Assembly: GCA_030616605.1 (NCBI GenBank)
Contig: JAUWWY010000001.1
Span: forward strand, 132,251-196,250
DNA: 64,000 nucleotides
From: a bacterium
GTDB taxonomy: Bacteria > Patescibacteriota > Minisyncoccia > Minisyncoccales > CG1-02-41-26
Reading direction: 5' to 3'
Below the pieces are notes generated by a model that ran no database searches, had not been told where the DNA came from, and saw only the letters and a list, made by a program, of their open reading frames with translations. A program made the translations under genes and the position numbers. This document shows, piece by piece, positions 1-7,639 of this stretch (position 1 is the stretch's first letter; the number at the start of each line of letters is the position of its first letter).

Positions 1-2
1 TA

Positions 3-329
3 AAAGAATATCAAAAATTATGTAAAGAGACGGCAACGAAACCTAATGATAAGAACAAAGAAATTCTTACCTGGGGATTGGGTATTACCGGAGAAGCTGG
101 AGACGTTGCCAGTTGTATTAAAAAAACATTTATCCATGGCAATGATCAAAGAGAGGGGATAAGAGAAAATTTAGGCGATACTTTATGGTATGCGGCAATG
201 ATTTGTAATTTCTTTGATTGGGATTTTCAGAAAATTTTAGAAGAGAATATCAAAAAACTTGAAAAAAGATATCCTAAGGGTTTCACAGAAAAAGATGCCC
301 AAAGAAATAGAATAGATTGGAATGAGTAA
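3..329 (+). CDS. MazG-like all-alpha NTP pyrophosphohydrolase, 5' end cut by window edge
   Basis: Frame is open back to nt 3. GITGEAGDV and LGDTLWY helices are typical of the MazG fold. Confidence 0.6.
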   Translation, partial: KEYQKLCKETATKPNDKNKEILTWGLGITGEAGDVASCIKKTFIHGNDQREGIRENLGDTLWYAAMICNFFDWDFQKILEENIKKLEKRYPKGFTEKDAQRNRIDWNE

Positions 330-415
330 TACGGGGGTATGTAGCTTAATTTTGATATCTTGACAAGGAAGCTGGACACAGTAAAATTAAAGTAATGGTA
401 ATGTAATCATTTCTA

Positions 416-1099
416 ATGGTTCGATTTATGTCTAGGCTTCCCATAGAAACAAAAGAAAAAGCTTTCGATTTGAGGAAAAAAGGTTATTCAGTCAAAGAGA
501 TAGCTGATAAATTGGGTATTGCCAAAAGCACTTCTTCTCTTTGGGTTAGACATATAAAACTAAATAAAAAGGCTCAAGAAAGATTAAAGAAAAGACGTCT
601 TCTACCTTATTATAAAGCGGCTCTACGATGGCAAAAGAAAAGAGCCAAGAGGAAACAAGAATATTATTTTTCAGCACTTAAAATAATAAATAAAATAAAA
701 AGAGACTCTAATCATTACAAAGTATATTGTGCACTTCTTTATTGGTGTGAAGGAGGAAAAGATGCAACCCACGGAGTAAGATTCGTTAATTCTGACCCTG
801 TACTTATTCAAAGTTTCTTAAAACTTTTTCGGAGCGCATTTAATGTTGACGAAAAGAAGTTCCGTGTTCTTTTACACCTTCATGAGTATCATAATGAAGA
901 AAGGCAAAAGATTTTTTGGGCTAATCTAACTAAAATTCCTAAAAATCAATTTCATAAAACTTTTTATAAATTCCATACAAAAAAAAGAATTAGAGAAGGT
1001 TATCCAGGTTGTGCGGCGATATACTATAATGATTGTAAAATTGTCCGAGAACTTCAAGCGATTTATAAAGCTTTTTCCAAAAAAATGGGGACGTGGTGA
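416..1099 (+). CDS. HTH protein with LAGLIDADG-like (homing-endonuclease fold) C-terminal half
   Basis: N-terminal KKGYSVKEIADKLGIAKSTSSLW helix-turn-helix. LLYWCEGGK resembles a LAGLIDADG motif. The stop lies inside tRNA-Trp. Confidence 0.35.
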   Translation: MVRFMSRLPIETKEKAFDLRKKGYSVKEIADKLGIAKSTSSLWVRHIKLNKKAQERLKKRRLLPYYKAALRWQKKRAKRKQEYYFSALKIINKIKRDSNHYKVYCALLYWCEGGKDATHGVRFVNSDPVLIQSFLKLFRSAFNVDEKKFRVLLHLHEYHNEERQKIFWANLTKIPKNQFHKTFYKFHTKKRIREGYPGCAAIYYNDCKIVRELQAIYKAFSKKMGTW

Positions 1100-1161
1100 A
1101 ATGGCTATCATGGGAATCTCCAAAATTTCTGTTCCAGGTTCGAGTCCTGGCGTCCCCGCCA
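1087..1161 (+). tRNA. tRNA-Trp (anticodon CCA), CCA end encoded
   Basis: Hand-folded cloverleaf: acceptor GGGGACG/CGTCCCC, anticodon loop CTCCAAA, T arm CCAGG-TTCGAGT-CCTGG, 75 nt. Confidence 0.9.
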
Positions 1162-1463
1162 TGCCAAGAAAAAAAGTAAACTCTATAAACGACTTAATTC
1201 TTTTTGTTTTGTATTCTTTTACTGATGGAAAATCTTCTTTTGAGAGATTAGTTAAAGAATGCTTCAGTCAATTTCCTCAGGTTTTTTCTTTGAAAGATTA
1301 CCCCCAATTGCCTGATTCCAGAAAACTTGACCGACCCCTCCGTGATCTTCGGAAGAAAAAATTGATTAAAGGGGACCCTCAAACACTTTTCAGCTTGACC
1401 ACAAGCGGAAAAAGAAAAGCAGAAGAAATTACTCTAACTTTCAAGCAAAGAAAACTTTTATGA
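1161..1463 (+). CDS. hypothetical small protein (start moved to the first ATG after the tRNA)
   Basis: The ORF track start at 1011 would run through the tRNA. MPRKKVNS starts at 1161. Its end overlaps the ychF start by 4 nt. Confidence 0.4.
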   Translation: MPRKKVNSINDLILFVLYSFTDGKSSFERLVKECFSQFPQVFSLKDYPQLPDSRKLDRPLRDLRKKKLIKGDPQTLFSLTTSGKRKAEEITLTFKQRKLL

Positions 1464-2488
1464 GTTTATCTATTGGAATTTTGGGTTTGCCAAATGTCGG
1501 CAAGTCAACATTATTTAAAGCCTTAACAAAAAAACCAGTAGATATTTCAAATTATCCTTTCTGTACTGTTGAGCCGAATATTGGTATAGTTGAGGTTCCT
1601 GACCAAAGATTAGAAAAGTTAGTCCAGATTTCAAAACCCCAAAAAGCAATTCCAACAATTATTAAATTTGTCGATCTAGCCGGGTTGGTCAAAGGTGCCC
1701 ATAAAGGAGAAGGACTTGGTAACCAGTTTTTAGCTCATTTAAGAGAGACTGATGTTTTACTTCATATTGTCAGATGTTTCCAAGCTGAAAATATAGCTCA
1801 CGTAGATGGTGAAATAAATCCCCACAGAGATATAGAAACAGTAAAAAAAGAATTAATTTTAAAAGACCTGGAAACCGTTGAGAGCCGGCTTCAGAAAATT
1901 GAGAGAGACGTAAAACAAAGAAAAAAAGAGGCAGAAAATGAATTTGAGATTTTGAATTCTGTCAAAGAGAAATTAAATCAGGGAGAAATGGCCTTTGAGG
2001 GGACAGCCCCATTTTTTTTGCTAACAAGTAAACCTCAGATTTTTCTTTTAAATGGTCAAGAGAAAGATATTTCTGAAGATTTAAAAAAAGAATTGGAAAA
2101 ATCTGACTGGCTCCAGTTTGATTTAAGGGAAGAATTGGATAAGTCAGAATTGACTGATAATGAAAGAAAAGAACTTGGTCTATCAGAGTCAAAACTTGAG
2201 GAATTAATCAAAAAATGCTATCAAATTTTAGACCTTATTACTTTTTTTACTATTGTTGGTGAGGAAGAGACCCGAGCCTGGTCAATAAAAAGGGGAAGTA
2301 CAATTTTAGAAGGAGCTGATAAAATTCACTCTGATTTCAAGGAAAAATTTATTACAGCTGAAGTTTTGAATTGGAAAAAAGTTGTTGAGATAGGGGATTG
2401 GAAAAAATGTAAAGAGCTCGGCCTCTTGAAAAATGTTGGAAAAGATTATATTTTAGAAGATGGTGATGTAATTGAAATAAAAATTTAA
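1460..2488 (+). CDS. ychF: ribosome-binding ATPase YchF
   Basis: GLPNVGKSTLF P-loop, NYPFCTVEPN, DLAGLVKGA and a C-terminal TGS-like end. Confidence 0.9.
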   Translation: MSLSIGILGLPNVGKSTLFKALTKKPVDISNYPFCTVEPNIGIVEVPDQRLEKLVQISKPQKAIPTIIKFVDLAGLVKGAHKGEGLGNQFLAHLRETDVLLHIVRCFQAENIAHVDGEINPHRDIETVKKELILKDLETVESRLQKIERDVKQRKKEAENEFEILNSVKEKLNQGEMAFEGTAPFFLLTSKPQIFLLNGQEKDISEDLKKELEKSDWLQFDLREELDKSELTDNERKELGLSESKLEELIKKCYQILDLITFFTIVGEEETRAWSIKRGSTILEGADKIHSDFKEKFITAEVLNWKKVVEIGDWKKCKELGLLKNVGKDYILEDGDVIEIKI

Positions 2489-2498
2489 GAACAATATT

Positions 2499-2813
2499 AT
2501 GTATTTTTATATTTTATTAGCAGCTTTTTTCGGGGGAATGGTTAGGGGTTTGGTTGGGTTTATCAAACACCAATACTCTTACAAGAACGTTTCATTTAAT
2601 CTTCCTTATTTTTTAGGAATGAGTTTCTTATCTGGAATAATTGGTTTAATGACAGCAGCAGCTATTCGGGAAATCGGCTTCACTTATCAGGGATTTTTTA
2701 CTCCGGCTTTGAGTTTTGTTGTTGGTTATGCTGGGGGCGATTTTATTGAAAACGTCTATAAAATCATAGTTAAAAAATCCTCTATTTACCCTTTATCAAA
2801 AGAGGAGAGATAA
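2499..2813 (+). CDS. small integral membrane protein
   Basis: 104 aa with three hydrophobic segments. No recognisable motif. Confidence 0.45.
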   Translation: MYFYILLAAFFGGMVRGLVGFIKHQYSYKNVSFNLPYFLGMSFLSGIIGLMTAAAIREIGFTYQGFFTPALSFVVGYAGGDFIENVYKIIVKKSSIYPLSKEER

Positions 2814-3437
2814 ATGGAAGATTTAATTGATAATTTAATCAAACAAGACTGGTTGAAAACGCCAAACATAATCGAGGCTTTTAAGAAAATTAAAAGAGTT
2901 GATTTTTTACCGGAAAATAACAAAGAATTAGCCCGTTTAAATGAAGCCCTACCAATTGGTTATGGTCAGACAATTTCTCAGCCTTTGGTAGTGGCTTTTA
3001 TGCTCGAACTTTTAAAACCAGAATCTGGAGATAAAATTTTGGATATTGGAGCAGGTAGCGGATGGACCAGCGCTCTTTTAGCTGAAATAGTCGGGAAAAA
3101 AGGAAGGATTATCTCCATAGACATAATTCCGGAACTTGTAGAATTTGGCAAGGGAAATGTTGCTAAATATAATTTTATAGAGAAGGGAATTGTTCAATTT
3201 ATTTGTGGCGATGGCTCAAAAGGTTATTCTAAGGAAGCTCCTCTTGATAAAATCTTATGTTCGGCAACAGCTCAAAGAGAATTGCCCCAAACCTGGAAAG
3301 AGCAAGTTAAGGTTGGAGGTAGAATTGTAACGCCTATTGATTCTTCAATTTGGCTTTTTATAAAAAAATCAGATTCTCGCTTTGAATCTAAAGAATATCC
3401 AGGCTTTGCTTTTGTTCCTTTAGTAAATGATCGGTAA
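2814..3437 (+). CDS. pcm: protein-L-isoaspartate O-methyltransferase
   Basis: GYGQTISQP and the LDIGAGSGW SAM-binding motif. Confidence 0.85.
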   Translation: MEDLIDNLIKQDWLKTPNIIEAFKKIKRVDFLPENNKELARLNEALPIGYGQTISQPLVVAFMLELLKPESGDKILDIGAGSGWTSALLAEIVGKKGRIISIDIIPELVEFGKGNVAKYNFIEKGIVQFICGDGSKGYSKEAPLDKILCSATAQRELPQTWKEQVKVGGRIVTPIDSSIWLFIKKSDSRFESKEYPGFAFVPLVNDR

Positions 3438-4524
3438 AATGGATGAACTTTTTAAACAATCTAATCCTAAAAAATCGAAAATTCCTAAAAAATATTATAA
3501 ATTAACTCTAATTTTAGTGCTGGTTTTGCTTGGGATTTGGTTGGCTCAAGGATTTTATTTACCAAAAGAACCCGGTTCTGAAACTAAAACTCTCTTTTTA
3601 ATTGAAAAAGGGACGGGGCTGACAGATATAGCTTCTAATTTAGAAAAGCAAGGATTGATTAAATGCAGATTTATATTTGGATTATATGCCGTCTTAGGGA
3701 ACTCAATAAAAAATCTTCAAGCTGGCAGATATAATTTACAACCATCAATGAGCACTCATCAAATACTTGTTAAATTAATTCAAGGTGACACAATTAAAGA
3801 AAAAATTACTATAATTGAGGGCTGGAATTTAAGAGATATTGGTTGGTATTTTGAAAATAAGGGAATGTTTCAGGCTGAAGAACTTTTTGAGCTTATAGGT
3901 TTCCCAACAATTGATTATTCCAAATCCCATGACCTCCCGCCATTAAAAGATTTTTCTGATGAGTTTGATTTTTTAAAGGAAAGACCAAAAAATATAGGAT
4001 TGGAAGGCTATCTTTTTCCAGATACCTATGAAATTGATAAAGGAGAAAGCCTGGAAAAAATTGTAAAAAAAATACTCAGTAATTTTAATAAAAAGGTTTC
4101 TCTCGACTTAAGAGAAAAAATTAAAAGCCAAGGGAGAACTTTAGAGGAAGTTTTAATCATTGCTTCTTTGTTGGAAAAAGAAGTTAGAAATTATGAGGAT
4201 CGCCGGATTGTAGCCGGTATTTTATGGAAAAGATTGAGAATGGGATGGCCATTACAGGTTGATGCTACTTTAACCTATCTTACTGGAAAAGGAAGTGACC
4301 AGTTATCCAAAGAAGACCTTGCAATTGATTCTTCTTACAATACTTATAAATATTATGGATTGCCTCTGGGGCCTATTTGCAACCCGGGCCTTAGTAGTAT
4401 AGAAGCTGCAATTTATTATAAAGAAAACTCCTATTGGTTCTACCTAACTACCCCGGACGGAGAAACAATTTTCAGTAAAACACTTGAAGAACACAACATA
4501 GCAAGATTTAAATATTTAAGATAA
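3427..4524 (+). CDS. mltG: endolytic murein transglycosylase MltG (YceG-like)
   Basis: N-terminal TM segment, LEGYLFPDTY, ASLLEKE and YNTYKYYGLPLGPICNPG. Confidence 0.85.
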   Translation: MIGKMDELFKQSNPKKSKIPKKYYKLTLILVLVLLGIWLAQGFYLPKEPGSETKTLFLIEKGTGLTDIASNLEKQGLIKCRFIFGLYAVLGNSIKNLQAGRYNLQPSMSTHQILVKLIQGDTIKEKITIIEGWNLRDIGWYFENKGMFQAEELFELIGFPTIDYSKSHDLPPLKDFSDEFDFLKERPKNIGLEGYLFPDTYEIDKGESLEKIVKKILSNFNKKVSLDLREKIKSQGRTLEEVLIIASLLEKEVRNYEDRRIVAGILWKRLRMGWPLQVDATLTYLTGKGSDQLSKEDLAIDSSYNTYKYYGLPLGPICNPGLSSIEAAIYYKENSYWFYLTTPDGETIFSKTLEEHNIARFKYLR

Positions 4525-4525
4525 T

Positions 4526-5056
4526 ATGTCTAAAAAAATTGCCATCATTATTGCTTTCAAGGATTTTCGGGATGAAGAATATTTTATTCCCAAAAATATA
4601 TTTTTAGAAAAGGGAATAGAAGTTAAAACGGTTAGTAGCAAAAAGGGTAAAGCCCTTGGGAGCTACGGAGGAGTAATTGATGTTGATTTGTGTTTAGAGA
4701 AATTGAATGTTTCTGATTTTGATGGAATTGTATTTGTTGGGGGAAGTGGAGCAGAAAAATATCTAAACGACGATAAATGTCATCAGATAGCCCAGGAAAC
4801 AATTTCTCAAGGCAAGGTTTTGGCGGCAATTTGCATAGCTCCCGCAATTTTAGCCAGAAGTGGAGTTTTGAAAGACAAAAAGGCTACTGTTTGGCAAAGC
4901 AACATGGATAAATCATTAGTTAAGATTTTAAAAGAAGAAGGAGCAGATTATCAGGAAAAACCAGTAATTATTGATGGAAATATTGTTACGGCAGACGGAC
5001 CCCAATCAGCCAGGAAATTTGCTGAAATGATTGTTAGGGTGTTGACAAAATTATAA
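4526..5056 (+). CDS. DJ-1/PfpI family protein
   Basis: FVGGSG and the AAICIAP nucleophile-elbow Cys motif. Confidence 0.8.
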   Translation: MSKKIAIIIAFKDFRDEEYFIPKNIFLEKGIEVKTVSSKKGKALGSYGGVIDVDLCLEKLNVSDFDGIVFVGGSGAEKYLNDDKCHQIAQETISQGKVLAAICIAPAILARSGVLKDKKATVWQSNMDKSLVKILKEEGADYQEKPVIIDGNIVTADGPQSARKFAEMIVRVLTKL

Positions 5057-5086
5057 AATAGATTAAACTTTAGAGTGTAAGTATAT

Positions 5087-5156
5087 CCCACAGACAGTAG
5101 GCATTAAATAAGACCTACTCAGGGAAAGCAAGAGAGTATTTTGTTTTGTCTGTGGG
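5087..5156 (+). promoter_or_regulatory. candidate L10 (rplJ) autoregulatory leader
   Basis: Perfect 10-bp helix CCCACAGACA (5087-5096) with TGTCTGTGGG (5147-5156) encloses the hairpin GTAGG/CCTAC. It lies just upstream of rplJ. TTGACA-N16-TAAACT promoter at 5042-5069. Confidence 0.45.
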
Positions 5157-5173
5157 AAACCACAGATTTTTTT

Positions 5174-5701
5174 ATGGCAAAGACTCGTCAAGAAAAAGAG
5201 AAAATAATTAAGGATTTAGAAGAAGAGCTTACTAAAAATGAAGCAATAGTTTTGGTTGATTTTAAAGGTTTGGATTCTAAATCTCTCTTTGATTTGAGAA
5301 GTAGATTGAGAAAATCAAAGTGTTTTTTAAAGGTTATAAAAAAGACTTTATTGGAAAAGGTTTTAGAAAAGCTGAAGAAAAAAGAGCTCGGAGAAAAAAT
5401 TAAAGAGATTAAAACCGAGATAGCTTTGGTTTTTGGTCTTGAAGATGAAATAGTTAAGGCTAAAATTTGTTATCAGTTTTCAAAGGAAAACAAGAATTTA
5501 GAAATTTTAGGTGGAATAGTCGGAAATCAGTTTTTAGAAAAAGAAAAAATGATTGAATTAGCTGAACTGCCTTCAAAACAAGAACTTTTCTCAAGATTAG
5601 TTGGAAGCTTACAGAATCCCATTTCAAATTTTGTCTATATTTTAAAAGGCAATATTAAAGGTCTAATTTATTCGCTTAAGGCAATAAAAGAAAGTAAATA
5701 A
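5174..5701 (+). CDS. rplJ: 50S ribosomal protein L10
   Basis: [12 protein letters not shown] start and position directly upstream of rplL. Start trimmed to 5174 so it clears the leader helix. Confidence 0.85.
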   Translation: MAKTRQEKEKIIKDLEEELTKNEAIVLVDFKGLDSKSLFDLRSRLRKSKCFLKVIKKTLLEKVLEKLKKKELGEKIKEIKTEIALVFGLEDEIVKAKICYQFSKENKNLEILGGIVGNQFLEKEKMIELAELPSKQELFSRLVGSLQNPISNFVYILKGNIKGLIYSLKAIKESK

Positions 5702-5709
5702 ATAATATT

Positions 5710-6153
5710 ATGGCTGAAGAAAAAAAAGAAAAGATTAAAGAAGAGGAGAAGGTTGAGATTCCAAAAAAATTCAATAAAATAGTTGAAGAAATTGAAAAAA
5801 TGACAGTTGTAGATTTAGCAGAATTGGTTAAGATTTTAGAGAAGAAATTTGGCGTTTCTGCTATTCCTCAGGTTGTAGCCCAAGCAGAGGTTCCAGCAGC
5901 CGGCCAAGAAGCCGGTGGAGCTGCTGAAGAAAAAAGTGTTTTTAACATTGTTATTCAGGAAATAGGAAATAAGAAAATTGAAGTAATAAAAGCTGTTCGC
6001 GATATAACTCAAAAAGGATTGAAGGAATCAAAAGATTTAGTTGATTCTATAGAAAAAGAACCCCAGACAATTAAAGAAAATGTTAAAAAGGAAGAAGCAG
6101 AAGAAATCAAAAAAAAGTTTGAAACAGCAGGAGCAAAGGTGGAATTGAAATAG
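5710..6153 (+). CDS. rplL: 50S ribosomal protein L7/L12
   Basis: LEKKFGVSA, an Ala/Glu hinge, and a C-terminal [24 protein letters not shown]. Extra KE-rich N-terminus. Confidence 0.9.
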   Translation: MAEEKKEKIKEEEKVEIPKKFNKIVEEIEKMTVVDLAELVKILEKKFGVSAIPQVVAQAEVPAAGQEAGGAAEEKSVFNIVIQEIGNKKIEVIKAVRDITQKGLKESKDLVDSIEKEPQTIKENVKKEEAEEIKKKFETAGAKVELK

Positions 6154-6159
6154 TTTTGA

Positions 6160-7086
6160 TTAAAAAATCAAATAACCCAGAATTAGAAGAAAAATTAAAA
6201 TTAAAATACTAATTAAACTTTTTTTAAGTTTTTCTTTTAAAAGAGGAGATTGGGGAAGTATTTTCCTAATTTTTCTGCCTACCCCGCCGAAGCCTCGGTC
6301 GCCGACGCGCCATAGCCGCTTTGGCGACGGCGCGCGAAGGCGGGTCTTTTTTTGCTTTTTAACAAAAACAAAAAGTAGAACCCCAAAGGCATCTTTTAAA
6401 ATTTCTTTTTTTTCTTTGAAAAATTTTTTCAATTCTTTAACATTTTTAATCTCTAAGAAATTTTTAAAAATCTCTTTTTCAGAAAAGTCTTCAAATAAAC
6501 TTTGATTTAAAACCAAAATTCTGTCTTCCTGGCTTAATTCCCCCTTAATTATATTGGGAAATATTTTTATCAGAGAAGAATCAAGATTTAGACTTTCTCC
6601 AAGACTAAAAATTTCTCTTTCCCGAAAAAGGAAAACTTTCAAATTTCCGATTTTTGAAAAGATAATTGATGTTCTATCAAGAAGTTGACCAGAAATTTCA
6701 TTTTGCTGAGGGGCTAAAGAAAAAACTAAGAAACTTAAATTTCCTAGCCAATCAGTGTTATTTTTTTTGATTTTTCTTCTTAAAAATTGATTAGCTCGGG
6801 CTAAACTTTTTTTAAAAGAATCCTCAATAGCTCTTTGACTCACTGCGTAATATTCATTTTTTATAATTTCAGCAAGATTTTTTAAAAATTCTTTGTTTTT
6901 TGCTGAAGCATTTTTTAGTTCACCAACTAAATAAAGGTTTCCAAATTTACACTCTTTTCTAGAAGAAGGGACAAAACAAAAAGCTTTAAAACAAGTTGTT
7001 TTTATGGATTTTACTTCCTTACTCCATCTTGTCTGGATTGAAAACAGGCTTCGCCTGGGATTAAAATACAATTGAAAAGCCTTCAT
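6160..7086 (-). CDS. hypothetical protein with C-terminal TM anchor and an in-frame GC-rich insert
   Basis: 308 aa ending LISILILIFLLILGYLIF. Weak PP2C-like pattern only. Confidence 0.45.
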   Translation of the reverse strand: MKAFQLYFNPRRSLFSIQTRWSKEVKSIKTTCFKAFCFVPSSRKECKFGNLYLVGELKNASAKNKEFLKNLAEIIKNEYYAVSQRAIEDSFKKSLARANQFLRRKIKKNNTDWLGNLSFLVFSLAPQQNEISGQLLDRTSIIFSKIGNLKVFLFREREIFSLGESLNLDSSLIKIFPNIIKGELSQEDRILVLNQSLFEDFSEKEIFKNFLEIKNVKELKKFFKEKKEILKDAFGVLLFVFVKKQKKTRLRAPSPKRLWRVGDRGFGGVGRKIRKILPQSPLLKEKLKKSLISILILIFLLILGYLIF

Positions 7087-7150
7087 AAATCAACATTTCA
7101 TTATACAATACTTTACAGGAAATGGTAAGTATAATAAACTAGATAAAGAA

Positions 7151-7223
7151 GGGCGGTTAGCTCAGAAGGAAGAGCATACGCTTCACATGCGTAAGGTCAG
7201 TGGTTCAAGTCCACTACCGCCCA
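7151..7223 (+). tRNA. tRNA-Val (anticodon CAC)
   Basis: Acceptor GGGCGGT/ACCGCCC, anticodon loop TTCACAT, T arm AGTGG-TTCAAGT-CCACT, 73 nt. CCA is not encoded. Confidence 0.9.
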
Positions 7224-7233
7224 CTCATGACTT

Positions 7234-7635
7234 ATGATTGAAGCATCTCCTAAAAAAATTATTATTTTTAAATTCTTAATTTGGCATTTTTTTGAAGTAC
7301 CAAAGAATTTATTAAAAGTTCTTCGGAATTTTTTAGTTTTTAATTTTAATTACTTTTCCATTCCCTTGCTTTTAAAGACTTTTTTTGCTCATTGGAAAAA
7401 ATACCGAGAATTTTATGGACGGGGATTTGACCCCAAAAGATATGCCCGAGTTTTTGCTTCCAATATAACCTCAAGAGTTTTAGGGGCAATTATCAGATTT
7501 TTTATCATTATAATAGGCTTAGTTTCTGAAATTTTTATTTTCATTTCTGGAATTCTTATTTTTCTGATTTGGTTGGTTTTACCTATTTTATTAATTTTTC
7601 TTTTTTACTTAGGAATTGATCTATTAATCAACTAA
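7234..7635 (+). CDS. integral membrane protein
   Basis: 133 aa with hydrophobic segments at both ends. Confidence 0.45.
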   Translation: MIEASPKKIIIFKFLIWHFFEVPKNLLKVLRNFLVFNFNYFSIPLLLKTFFAHWKKYREFYGRGFDPKRYARVFASNITSRVLGAIIRFFIIIIGLVSEIFIFISGILIFLIWLVLPILLIFLFYLGIDLLIN

Positions 7636-7639
7636 GCAT

